Below, piece after piece: positions 9,090-21,000 of a DNA stretch of 64,000 nucleotides (positions are counted from its first letter, which is position 1; each line of letters starts with the position of its first letter). Source of the stretch: a virus. The notes beneath the pieces are model-generated. The model made no database searches. It was not told the origin of the DNA and worked only from the letters and a program-made list of their open reading frames with translations. Location: positions 53,788-117,787 of IMG/VR virus record IMGVR_UViG_3300013126_000014; one strand, 5' to 3'. The translations under genes and the position numbers were made by a program.

Positions 9090-11183
9090 ATGGCAATTGA
9101 TCATAGAATAGGTACAAAAGTTAGTAAATCACTGCGCAGAGAAGACACTCCTGCGATTAGGGTAGATCCGTATCCGTATATAGGGGTAGTAAAGAACAAC
9201 TATGATAGTATACGCAGTGGTCGCCTGCAGGTGTTTATTCCTGATTTTGGCGGCGACGAGAACAATCCAAAAAATTGGCGTACAGTAAATTATGCTAGTC
9301 CGTTTATGGGCTATACCAATGTCCCTAAGGATTCTGGAACTACTAATTCATTTCAAAACGCAGCACATACCTACGGTATGTGGATGGTACCTCCGGATAT
9401 TGGTGTAGAAGTTATTGTTATCTTTGTTGGCGGAGATCCTCTCAGAGGGTTTTGGATCGCTTGCGTAAACAGTAATCTCAGCCATTACATGGTACCCGGG
9501 CTAGCGGCAAGTCAAAATGTTCAAGCAGATACTGCAGATGCTGGGTTTAAAGCAGGCAAAGTTAAAGATGCTAGTTACCCAGTTGTAGAGTTTAACGAAA
9601 ACGATCCCAAAGCTGTACACACTCCGGACTGGACATCAAACCCAAGACCTGTCCATGAGGTCCAAGCTGCTATATTAAGAAAACAAGGTTTAGATAGAGA
9701 CACTGTACGAGGTACTATTACTAGTAGTAGCCAACGCGAGAGCCCAAGTCATGTGTTTGGTATTAGTACTCCAGGTAGACCAATTAACGATCCTGCAGAT
9801 GATCCAAATTTTGAAAATAAAGTTAAATCTGGCGATTTAACCGCAGACGATTATGCAGTTAGAGCTAGAGCGGGCGGGCACACACTAGTTATGGATGATG
9901 GGAGTATTGGTCGACGAGATCAATTGTTTAGATTACGATCTGCTAGAGGTCATCAGATTATGATGCACGACACTAGCAACACCTTCTATATGGCCAACGC
10001 AGATGGGACTGTGTGGATAGAAATGACACAAGATGGCAGATTGGAGGTATATAGCTCTGGCAGTATTAGTTTAAGATCGCAAGGTTCGTTGAATTTACAC
10101 GCCGATAGTAATATCAATATTGATGCAGGCGGCAACTTCAACGTGAGATCCGGTGGCAAGGTTCAGTTTAATAGCCAAAGTTTAAATGTTATCACTGACG
10201 GGGCTATTACAGTTGCCGCCGGCGGCACTGTAGGTATTAACACTACAGGTGCTTTTAATGTGCAGTCGACGGGCATTAGCCTTGACGCCAATAGTGCAAA
10301 ACTAATACTCAATGGTCAAATCTTTGAAAACTCAACCGCTGGTGTTAATGTAAATCGCCCTACCCCAATAAAAGTAAATAATCTGTCAGATACGGTATTA
10401 GACAAAACAACAGGAACATACAAAATAGTACCTGGCGCATTGAATACTATTGTAACTGTAGCGCCAACACACGAGCCGTTTTCCTTGCATGCCACACGAC
10501 CGGAACCAGCACCACCTGCATCTAAAGTAGGAACGCAGCCTCAGGAATTTACAGGATCTAACGATGTTACTAATACCTTAGACGGTAAAGCAGTTAATAA
10601 TGCAGTTCCAGAAAAATATATTCAGATGCAGCTCGATGCGTTACCACCGCAGGGCAGCATAGGACCATTAGACAAAGATGATTTAACGGCATATTTTGCA
10701 CAGATGGGCTACAGCGAAAGCACATTTAGTTACAAGACGCAATTACCAGGTAGTCAATATCTAGGCAAGTATCAAATTGGTATCATTGCACTTAAAGATG
10801 CTAAATTGATTAAAGACAATGTAACCTCAGCTAGTCAACTTGACATAGCTAGCAACTGGATTGGCGGAGAAGGCAAACCTTCGAGTAAAGAAGAATTTTT
10901 AAATACCCCAGATCACCAAGAGCGGGCCATGTGGACTATTACAAACAACAACTATGGATACCTAATAGCCAACGGCGGAATTACTAGTGAAATGTCTAAA
11001 GAAAAAGTTGCAGGCATGCTAAGTGCAGCACATTTAGTAGGCCAAGGGCCGGCTGCTACTTGGAGGAAAAGCGGAGCAGATGCAAATGATGCAAACGGTA
11101 CAACTGCTAGCGATTACTTTAGTCGAGGTAAGTGGGCGTTGACCACATACGGTCCTAAAATAGATAGTCTACGCAACGGATAA
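9090..11183 (+). CDS. Baseplate central spike (gp5/VgrG-like) with C-terminal lysozyme-like domain
   Basis: OB-fold motifs GRLQVFIP and YGMWMVPPDIG, GH-x-DD and beta-helix repeats, then SES...LGKYQ...AGMLSAAHLVG. Confidence 0.8.
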   Translation: MAIDHRIGTKVSKSLRREDTPAIRVDPYPYIGVVKNNYDSIRSGRLQVFIPDFGGDENNPKNWRTVNYASPFMGYTNVPKDSGTTNSFQNAAHTYGMWMVPPDIGVEVIVIFVGGDPLRGFWIACVNSNLSHYMVPGLAASQNVQADTADAGFKAGKVKDASYPVVEFNENDPKAVHTPDWTSNPRPVHEVQAAILRKQGLDRDTVRGTITSSSQRESPSHVFGISTPGRPINDPADDPNFENKVKSGDLTADDYAVRARAGGHTLVMDDGSIGRRDQLFRLRSARGHQIMMHDTSNTFYMANADGTVWIEMTQDGRLEVYSSGSISLRSQGSLNLHADSNINIDAGGNFNVRSGGKVQFNSQSLNVITDGAITVAAGGTVGINTTGAFNVQSTGISLDANSAKLILNGQIFENSTAGVNVNRPTPIKVNNLSDTVLDKTTGTYKIVPGALNTIVTVAPTHEPFSLHATRPEPAPPASKVGTQPQEFTGSNDVTNTLDGKAVNNAVPEKYIQMQLDALPPQGSIGPLDKDDLTAYFAQMGYSESTFSYKTQLPGSQYLGKYQIGIIALKDAKLIKDNVTSASQLDIASNWIGGEGKPSSKEEFLNTPDHQERAMWTITNNNYGYLIANGGITSEMSKEKVAGMLSAAHLVGQGPAATWRKSGADANDANGTTASDYFSRGKWALTTYGPKIDSLRNG

Positions 11184-11188
11184 CAAGG

Positions 11189-11194
11189 TAAATA
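11189..11194 (+). promoter_or_regulatory. TAAATA late-promoter motif
   Basis: 5 nt before ATG 11200 of the gp25-like gene. Confidence 0.55.
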
Positions 11195-11199
11195 TTATT

Positions 11200-11577
11200 A
11201 TGGCAAACTTTTATCGCGGATTTAGTACAGTTGGTCGAAATAAAAAATTTCGCCTAACTGACCTTGAATTAATCAAACAGGATCTTATTAATCATTTTCA
11301 CATTCGTAAAGGCGAAAAGTTAATGAATCCAAAATTTGGTACAGTGATATGGAATCTAATTCATGAGCCGCTGACTGAAGAGCTAAAAAGTGTAATCATT
11401 GAAGATGTTAATAATGTAGTTAATTACGATCCTCGTATCAGTGTTGATAATGTAGTAATTACGGAATATGAGCAGGGCATTCAAATTGAAATAGAGCTTC
11501 GATATCTTCAAACAAATCAAATCAATTCAATGTTACTACAGTTTGACAACCAAGCAAATACTCTAACTGTGCTGTAA
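11200..11577 (+). CDS. gp25: Baseplate wedge subunit, gp25-like
   Basis: LIKQDLINHFHIRKGEKLMNPKFG...YDPRI pattern of the GPW/gp25 family. Confidence 0.88.
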   Translation: MANFYRGFSTVGRNKKFRLTDLELIKQDLINHFHIRKGEKLMNPKFGTVIWNLIHEPLTEELKSVIIEDVNNVVNYDPRISVDNVVITEYEQGIQIEIELRYLQTNQINSMLLQFDNQANTLTVL

Positions 11578-11601
11578 TAATCTACGTACTTTTTCCTAAA
11601 A

Positions 11602-11607
11602 TAAATA
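11602..11607 (+). promoter_or_regulatory. TAAATA late-promoter motif
   Basis: Intergenic, 20 nt before ATG 11628, followed by an AGGA RBS. Confidence 0.6.
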
Positions 11608-11627
11608 CATTATAATAGGAAATCAGT

Positions 11628-14600
11628 ATGGCTATTACCACAAGACAATCAAGTTTATTAGTTGCTGAAGATTGGACTAAGATCTATCAGACGTTCCGTA
11701 ACGCAGACTTTCAGAGTTACGATTATGAAACTTTACGCAAGTCCATGATCGATTACTTACGAACATATTACCCGGAAGATTTTAACGACTTTATCGAATC
11801 AAGCGAATTTATCGCTCTTATTGACTTAGTTGCATTCTTAGGACAATCGTTGGCATTTCGCGGCGATCTTAATGCACGAGAAAATTTCATTGATACAGCA
11901 CAACGTCGCGACAGTATTTTAAAACTTGCACGACTAATTTCCTATAATCCCAAACGTAATATTCCAGCTAGTGGATTCTTAAAGATTCAAAGCATTTCTA
12001 CTACAGAAGATGTCTACGACAGCAACGGATTTAATTTAAACGGAGTAGTCATCGATTGGGCAGACGCTGCCAATGATAACTGGCAGGAACAATTTACTGC
12101 TATAATGAATTCGGCGTTGGTTTCTAATCAAGTTATTAGTAAACCTAGCAATAGTCAACTAATCAACGGAATCACTAACGACGAATATCAGATTAACCTA
12201 GCACCAAATTTGACCGGTACTTTTGCTTTTCAAAGTTTAGTTGAGGGCAGTCAGATGAGCTTTCAGGCAATTAGTGCATCTAGCGCAGGTCAAACCTATG
12301 TATACGAAGTGGCACCAAAACCAAACCGTGCATTTAATCTTTTGTACAAAAATGATAATCTAGGCAACTCAAGCAATAATACTGGTTTCTTTGTCTACTT
12401 TAAACAGGGCGAACTTAAATCTCAAGATTTTATATTTGAAGAAAGTATTCCTAATCGTGTATTTGACATTAGTGTAAACAATATTAACCATTCGGATGTT
12501 TGGTTATATCAACTTGACAGCAACGGCAATCCTAGCACACTGTGGAATCAGGTATCATCAGTTGGCGTGCGTAACGTAATCTATAACAAAGAAACAGATA
12601 AAAATATCTATCAAGTAAACACACGTGCCGGTGACCAAATTAGTCTTGTATTTGGTGATGGGAGTTTTGCTAATAACCCACAAGGCAGTTTTAGAATTTA
12701 CTATCGTGTTAGCAATGGATTGGAATACAAAATAACACCTGACGAAATGCAGAATATTAGTCTATCATTAAACTATGTAAGTAGAGTTGGAAGGATTGAA
12801 ACATTAACTATTACTTCTAGTTTGCAGTACACTGTGGCAAATAGTTCAGGTAGAGAAACAGTAGAAGATATTAGACAAAAAGCACCGCAACAATATTACA
12901 CACAAGATCGTATGGTGACTGGTGAAGATTACAATGTTTTGCCATATACCTTGTTTAGTAATGTGTTAAAGGCCAAGGCAGTAAATCGCACAAGCTCGGG
13001 GGTGAGCCGTTATCTAGACGTAGTAGACAGTACAGGAAAATATTCAAGTACTAATATTTTTGCACAAGACGGCCTGCTATATCGTAATGAAACTGAAAAA
13101 ACTTTTAGTTTTGAGTATGTTAACAAAAACGACATCTATAGAGTTATATTAAATCGAATTAAACCTTTAGTGCAATCACAAGAAGCACTACAGTATTTTT
13201 ATGCCTTTTACCCATTGATCGATATAAACAACGCCTACTGGAATTTAAGTTCTACAGTTGCCAATGGTAGCACTGGATACTTGTACGATCCTGATGAGAA
13301 TACCATTCAAATTGGTAACATTGTGGCTAGTAATTTTAAGTACATCAAGGCAGGCAGTATTGTTAAATTTTCAGCAGGTGTAGGTAATTACTTTGATGCG
13401 CAAAATACTATTAACACAGGAACACCAAGCAAAAGCGGCGACAAGTACTATATCTATGCGGCCATTCAGCAGGTTATAGGTGATGGTACCAATGGCGGAT
13501 TAGGAAATCTAGCCAATGGCAGTGGCCCAATAATTATCAATGAGGTTGTGCCGCAAGGAGCAATCGCAGATCAAATCTATGCAGTATTCAATAATGAATT
13601 TTCAATCTCATTGATCGAAACTATGGTGGGGTATATTCAAGCATTTGAAGATTTTGGTCTACGTTATGATCATAACACCACTCAGTGGGAAGTAATACGT
13701 CCGCAGGATTTAAGTACAGGCAAATTTAGTTTTGATTATGTAGGGGACACCTCTAGTCAACAACTTGACTCAAGTTGGATGATACGTTTTAAGACCGTGG
13801 GGCAAACTTACACTGTGGTATATCGCGGGTTGGAATACATTTTTGAAAGCGTAAAAGAAACTAACTTCTATTTTGATGATGCGGTTAAAGTTTATGACCC
13901 AAACACTGGGTCAACGATTAACGATCAAGTAAAAGTACTAAAAGTCAATAGTCAGCCCGACAGCGCAAGTCCGTTGGCCCTTGATTATGTTTGGTACATC
14001 TACAAAAACATTACTGAAATCGATGGATACGAAAATCCTAATAAGATTTTAGTAACATTCCCAGATAGTGATAATGACGGCATACCCGACAATCCCGAAC
14101 TGTTTGAGTTGATTGTTGCTCCTGAAATTAACGCTGAAGAGAAATATGTGTATTTCCAAAACACTTACGGATATGACAATTATGTTATACAAACTCCAGT
14201 GAACAATACAACTGTTAATAGTCAATACAGTACGTTGCGAGATGCTCAGATCGCAGCTACTCTATATCAAAATGGTCAGCTATTTTATATTGCACCAGAA
14301 AATGCGTTTTATCAATTGAATGTTAGCGGTGCAACGTATACATTAAATGTAACCACAGAGTATACTGCAAAAAAAGGTCGACAAGATATATATTTCCAAT
14401 ACAGACACAACAGTCCTAACTACAGACGTATTGATCCAAGTCCAAACAATATCATTGACCTGTATTTGTTAACTAAGCAATATTCAACTGATTATACCGC
14501 TTGGATTAGAGATACTAGCAGTACTATTACACAGCCAGTAGCACCAACAGGCGAGGAATTAAGTTTAGAGTTTAGTAACCTTGAAAAATATAAATCAGTT

Positions 14601-15011
14601 AGCGATACTCTAATTTATAATCCTGCTAAATTTAAACCAATTTTTGGAGACAAAGCCGAGCCTGCACTGCAAGCCACATTCAAAGTTGTAAAAAACCCTA
14701 GTGTTGTTGTCAGCGATAACGATGTAAAAACTAGTGTAATTAGTGCTATCAATGCATACTTTGAAGTTTCAAATTGGGACTTTGGAGAGACCTTTTATTT
14801 TAGTGAATTGAGCGCATACTTACATCAAGTGTTAGCGCCAAATATTGCTAGTATTATCATTGTACCTGCTAGCGAAGCGGGCGCATTTGGGGGGTTATTG
14901 CAAGTTAATGCAGAATATAATGAAATTATTATTAGCGCAGCAACTGTAGACAACGTACAAATAATTTCAGCAATTACCGCGGCGCAGATCAACCAATCTG
15001 CAACGGCTTAA
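11628..15011 (+). CDS. Baseplate wedge protein (T4 gp6-like, extended)
   Basis: FNDFIESSE, ENFIDTA.RRDSILKLA..ISY.PKR, FGDG and QDRMVTGEDY motifs of gp6/baseplate-J proteins. Confidence 0.85.
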   Translation: MAITTRQSSLLVAEDWTKIYQTFRNADFQSYDYETLRKSMIDYLRTYYPEDFNDFIESSEFIALIDLVAFLGQSLAFRGDLNARENFIDTAQRRDSILKLARLISYNPKRNIPASGFLKIQSISTTEDVYDSNGFNLNGVVIDWADAANDNWQEQFTAIMNSALVSNQVISKPSNSQLINGITNDEYQINLAPNLTGTFAFQSLVEGSQMSFQAISASSAGQTYVYEVAPKPNRAFNLLYKNDNLGNSSNNTGFFVYFKQGELKSQDFIFEESIPNRVFDISVNNINHSDVWLYQLDSNGNPSTLWNQVSSVGVRNVIYNKETDKNIYQVNTRAGDQISLVFGDGSFANNPQGSFRIYYRVSNGLEYKITPDEMQNISLSLNYVSRVGRIETLTITSSLQYTVANSSGRETVEDIRQKAPQQYYTQDRMVTGEDYNVLPYTLFSNVLKAKAVNRTSSGVSRYLDVVDSTGKYSSTNIFAQDGLLYRNETEKTFSFEYVNKNDIYRVILNRIKPLVQSQEALQYFYAFYPLIDINNAYWNLSSTVANGSTGYLYDPDENTIQIGNIVASNFKYIKAGSIVKFSAGVGNYFDAQNTINTGTPSKSGDKYYIYAAIQQVIGDGTNGGLGNLANGSGPIIINEVVPQGAIADQIYAVFNNEFSISLIETMVGYIQAFEDFGLRYDHNTTQWEVIRPQDLSTGKFSFDYVGDTSSQQLDSSWMIRFKTVGQTYTVVYRGLEYIFESVKETNFYFDDAVKVYDPNTGSTINDQVKVLKVNSQPDSASPLALDYVWYIYKNITEIDGYENPNKILVTFPDSDNDGIPDNPELFELIVAPEINAEEKYVYFQNTYGYDNYVIQTPVNNTTVNSQYSTLRDAQIAATLYQNGQLFYIAPENAFYQLNVSGATYTLNVTTEYTAKKGRQDIYFQYRHNSPNYRRIDPSPNNIIDLYLLTKQYSTDYTAWIRDTSSTITQPVAPTGEELSLEFSNLEKYKSVSDTLIYNPAKFKPIFGDKAEPALQATFKVVKNPSVVVSDNDVKTSVISAINAYFEVSNWDFGETFYFSELSAYLHQVLAPNIASIIIVPASEAGAFGGLLQVNAEYNEIIISAATVDNVQIISAITAAQINQSATA

Positions 15012-15014
15012 ATA
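15009..15014 (+). promoter_or_regulatory. TAAATA late-promoter motif
   Basis: Overlaps the upstream stop codon, 29 nt before ATG 15044. Confidence 0.55.
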
Positions 15015-15043
15015 CTATATAACAGTTAGGATCAAGTAATAAC

Positions 15044-18000
15044 ATGGCACTAAGAAAAACCTTAAAGTTTTTACCTGAAATATTTCAAACCGATGCAAAT
15101 GATAAATTCTTGTCGGCTACGTTGGATCAATTGATATCAGAACCAGAGTTAAAAACCGTCAATGGCTATATTGGTAGAAAATTTGCACCCACATATAAGT
15201 CTAAAGATAGTTATGTCACTGAAAACACATCAGATCGACAAAATTATCAACTTGAGCCAAGTGTTGTTGTTCGAGATGAACAATCTAATATAACATTTTT
15301 TAGCAGTTATATTGATCTATTAAACAAGATCAAGTACTATGGCGGTATTACAAATAATCATAGTCGATTATTTAATAATGAATTTTATAGTTTTGATCCT
15401 GGTGTTAGTTATGATAAGTTAATTAACTTTACACAATATTATTGGTTACCCAATGGTCCCGATTCTGTTGCTGTAAACACCTCTGGGGTAGCAACTGAAG
15501 AAACCTTTACAGTTACTCGAAACCCTACGACAGAAACATATACCTTTACAACTTCTACAGGTTTGGTGTCTGATACTCTTACATTAGCACGTGGTGGTAC
15601 ATATTATTTTGTAGTCAACCAACCGGGGGTTCCATTTTGGATACAAATTGAACCCGGAGTGGATGGAAAATTAAACGCTACACCTACTATTAGTAATCGA
15701 GAAGTGCTGGGTGTAACAAACAACGGAACTGATGAAGGGACTATTACTTTTATAGTGCCGCAGAGTGATGCACAAGATCGTTTCCTGACCATGGGAACGG
15801 TATTCAATGTTGACTATGCTACTCCATTTTATTCATTACCCTATAATAATCTGCACAATAAATTGCGTAGCCAATTTCTTAACGCATATCCTCAGTATGC
15901 TGGTATTACCGGTAACCTGGATGGAAAACATTTAGTTTTTGTTGACCAAACTTTGGCTACCAACTTTGGCGAGGAAGCATGGACCGCAGAAGAAGTATTA
16001 GATTTAGATCTTAACCCTATTTTAGGATGGGGCGAAGGTGACGTAGTTCCAGTCAACCAACGAAATGGTGTATGGAAGATAATATTAGTTGATGTTGGTG
16101 TTGATAATGATCCTTTAATTAGATTAGTGCCAGTACAGGATATTGAAGTAGACGAAAAAGTTTATGTTAAGTATGGATTGGGGAATGCTAATCGAGAATT
16201 TTACAAAGAATCGGACGGATTTTTATATAGAGTCCCAGTAATATCAACAGTACAAGATACTTTATACTTCCAAGATGCTGTTAAAACTAACATGTACGGT
16301 GATTTAAAAATCATTGAATATGCAGGTTGGAATATTGATGTAGAACAAGATATTTTAGGTAAAAAAACATATACAAGTCCGAATGGCGTCAAATTTACCA
16401 GTGGCCTTAAAATTGAATTTGGATCTGATGTAACCCCAACTAATTATCAAAATAAACAATACTATGTAGAAGGTGTGGGCGACGCAATTCGGTTGGTAGA
16501 CGTCACATTATTAGTAACACCAGAGCTATATAACGATGAACTAGAGTTAAATTATCCAGATCAGTCATTTCCTGATTATGTTACAATCAATAGAAGTGCC
16601 TTAGATTTAAATGCTTGGTCACGCAATAATCGTTGGTTCCATCGAGATGTTATTACTGCTACCGCTAGGTACAATAATACTATCCCAGTATTTGACCAAA
16701 CTTTGAGAGCACAACGACCAATTGTTCAATTTGAGGGTGATTTTCAGCTATATAATTATGGTCGAATCGGTAAGCGTCACATTGATGTGCTTGACTTAAC
16801 TACCACCGATGCATTTAACCAACTTGAAGGTGAAATTTTTGACGTAGCTTTAGGAACTACATTGTTTGACGGTATGCGAATTTTATTTGCCGCTGATAAT
16901 GATCCATTGGTTCGAAATAAAATTTACGTATTAAATTTAGTAGAATATGAAGAAGGAACCCCAGGCGACCCAGTTTTACGTATTAAACTCAACATAGCTG
17001 AGGATGGTGAAAATTTAGAGTGGGATAGTGTAGTAGTACTACAAGGACAGTATAAAGGTAGCCATTGGTGGTTTGATGGTACCAATTGGAATGAAAGCCA
17101 ACAAAAGACCGGGTTAAATCAAGATCCGTTATTTGAAGTACACACTCAAACTGGTGTAAGTTTGTCCACCTATCCTCGCAGTTCTTTTGCAGGAACTAAG
17201 ATATTTGGATATAAGAGACCAACAACTGGCACTGAAGACAGTATACTAGGATTTGCACTAAGCTATCGAAATTTTGGAACTCAAGGAGACATAGAATTTC
17301 AAAACTATTTTGATACTGATACCTTTAATTATGTGATAGATCAAGAAAGTTATACTCCGCATATTAATACAGGATTCTTAGTAAAGATTATTGATAGAAA
17401 TACTGTAGCGCACCGCAACATGTGGAAAACCGTAGTTGAAGAAAGCAAGCAGTATCAAATTCTTAATTACAGTTACACAAACTCAAATACGTTTATTTTA
17501 GATGTTATTCCTAATCCAAATGAAGCATCTATACCGTACTTAAAAGTCTACGTTAATAATCAACGACTAAATCCATCTAACTGGGTCTTTGACAGCGCAA
17601 ATAACTCTGTTACAGTTAATGTGATCTTATCTACAGACGACCGTATAGACATTTTAGTATACAGTGAACAAGTTAGTACCCGTGGTAACTATGAAGTCCC
17701 ACCTAATTTAGATTTAAATGCACAAAACGTTGATATAGATTCGTTAACATTAGGCCAGCTTCGTAACCATTTAGTTTCATTAAGTCAAAATAGTAAAGAT
17801 CTAATAGGCGAAGTTTTGGCCGCAAGTAATCTTCGAGATCTTGAAGTTAAGTCGCAAGGCGGTAATATCTTACAGCACAGCGCCGGCGTTCCGTATGCAA
17901 GTTTATTTTTATTAGATGATACAGCAAATTTCGTTGACGCGGTTCGATATACCCAACGCGAGTATGCTAAATTTAAAAATAAATTTTTAGAATTAAGTGC

Positions 18001-21000
18001 AAGTCTGACAGGAATTGACCCTACCAATCCTGCTGCAAGCGTGGATTTGATCTTAACAGAAATGAACAAGATTAAAAACTCAACATTCCCATGGTTCTAT
18101 AGCGACATGGTACCGTACGGTCCTTTAAAAACAATAGTAGCAGACGGTTATACTGTGTTTGACCCCACTGTACGATCTTATGAAATAACCAACGTCTTTA
18201 ATAGTCAACAATTGAGCAACAAGGCTGTATTAATATACTTAAATGACGTTCAGTTAGTAATAGGTAATGACTACACCTTTGATACAGATCGCCCGGCTAT
18301 TACGTTCAACGATAATCTTGAATTGGCTATAGATGATGTTATTAAAATTGTTGAGTATTCAAACACCGATGGTAATTATATCCCTGAGACCCCAACTAAG
18401 TTGGGGCTGTATCCTAAATTTGTTCCTGAGATATTTTTAGATGATACCTATAGAGATCCAATAAATGTAATCAGAGGGCACGATGGCAGTGTAACTCCGG
18501 CATTTGACGACTACAGAGATAATTTTATACTTGAGCTAGAGAAACGAATTTACAATAACATTAAATTGCCCGAAACAGAGTTGCCAAGAGAAATCTATAA
18601 TGTTATCCCTGGCAAATTTAGAGACAGCGATTATACAATATCTGAATTTAATAGTATTCTATCAGGTAGCTTCTTAAGCTGGATTGGTAATAATAGATTA
18701 GATTATTCAAGCAACGAAACATTTGAAAGCAATGATCCGTTCACATGGAATTACAGTCGATTTGTTGATAGAATCGATGGCGAGCCTCTGCCAGGTAGCT
18801 GGAGAGCATGTTTCCAATATTTCTACGACACCGACAGTCCCCACTTAAGACCTTGGAAGATGTTGGGCTTTAGTAGTAAACCAGACTGGTGGGAAGGATA
18901 TTACGGCCCTGCACCGTACACCGGTGGGAACACTTTGCTGTGGGATGATCTAGAAGTTGGACGCATTGTAGACGGTGATCGTGCTGGTACAGACGCAAGA
19001 TTTGCTCGTCCGGGTTTGAGTCAGATTATACCTGTAGACGAAAACGGCGGGTTGATTAGCCCCGCAGGGATCTTAACAAAAGCATTTAATAGTAGTAACG
19101 CCGCTACGGCCTGGGCGGTAGGCAATCAAGGACCAGTTGAAACTGCATGGCGCAGAAGCAGCGATTATCCTTATGCAATACAAATTGCAATGGCTTTGGC
19201 AAAACCTGCAAAATATTTTGGGCTGTTTATTAATGCATTTAATTACAGTAAAAATAATGATTTAGACCAATACCTAACCGCAGAAAATCACCACTTAGTT
19301 CAATCTGCAATTAATATCAATGGCGACCGCAGCGGTGGAGTTGTTGTTCGGTCTGCAGGTTATCTAAATTGGATCGCAAACTATCTAACCAATATGGGGG
19401 TTAATCCAGTTGAAAAGATTAGTTCGATGTTGACAAATTTCACAGTAAATCTGGCCTACAAAATGGCTGGGTTCACCGACCAAAGCTATGTTCAAGTATT
19501 GGCCGAACAAAGTAGTCCAAGCAGTACCAATGATAGTGTAGTTGTACCCGCAGAGAACTACAAGGTTCATTTATATAAATCAACCCCAGTGGATCGTATA
19601 AATTACAGTGCGGTGATTGTTGAAAAAACAACAAATGGATTCACTGTTCGCGGGTATAATTTATTAAATCCGTATTTTACAATTATACCAAGCACAGTTA
19701 ACAGTAACGCAACTAAGATCAAAGTACTTGACAGTGAAGGGGTAGTGTATTTTGACTATAAACCAATTAAGTTAACTGTTCCATACGGTTACGAATTTAA
19801 AAATCAACAACAGGTTGTTGACTTCTTAATAAGCTACGAAAGATTTTTAATTGCTCAAGGGTTTGTATTTGCAGAAATAGACGAAGCTCTTGCAGAAGTA
19901 CGAAACTTTAAGTTGAGTGTTAAAGAATTCTTATTTTGGGCTCAACAAGGTTGGACTACCGGTAGTGTACTGGTGTTAAGTCCTGCAGGCGAAAATATAC
20001 GATGCAACACTTCCGGTGCAATAGTTGATGGGATCCAAGATGATCAATATACAACAAAAGTATTAGATCAAAACTTTAAATTAGTTAAGAATAATAACTA
20101 TAACGTAATGCGTAGCCCTACGGAATTTAAGCTATCGCTTACTAACGATCAAGTTGTTGGTTTTGTAGATTTAAATCTAGTACAATACGAACATGTATTG
20201 ATATTTGACAATACTACGGTATTCAATGATATTATATATAAACCAGAGCTTGGTAACAGACAATATCGATTGAAACTAATAGGACAAAAAACTGATAATT
20301 GGGATGGAAGTTTATATGCACCAGGATTCTTATATAACTCAGGAGAAGTAGATGCATGGCAGTCTGGCAAAGATTACTTAAAAGGTGATCTGGTAGAGTT
20401 TAAAGATCAATTCTATGTGGCTTTAAATAATATTTCTGCAGCAGATGATTTTAAATTTTTAGATTGGAAGTTGGCTGATTACGGGCAGGTTCAAAAGGGA
20501 TTACTAAGCAATTTCTCAAGCATAGCAGTGAAATCACAAAGTTATTACGATCCGTATGGATATTTCAATGATGCAGACCAAGTTAAGTATAGTCACGGGT
20601 TAATTGGATTTAAACCTCGACAATATTTAGATGATCTTGGAGTCAACGAAACTAGCCAAATTGAATTTTATAAAGGGTATATTAGACAAAAGGGAACACC
20701 TAATGCATTTGACGCATTAACTCAAGCGCAGTTTAATAATCTTGCCAGTGATATTAATTATTTTGAAGAATGGGCAGTGCGCATAGGTGAGTACGGTGCA
20801 GTTGACACAAATCCGTACATTGAAATCCCATTGGACGAAAAAGCGTTTTCAGTTAACCCAGCAACTGCTGAATTTGTATACGGCACACGTCGCAACGAAG
20901 GTGACGGCGTTACGATCTTTAATAGCAGCCAACTTTATAGATTAACAGACCAGTACAATGGTAATATAGCATTAAATCGCGATAATAACAGCGACTATAG

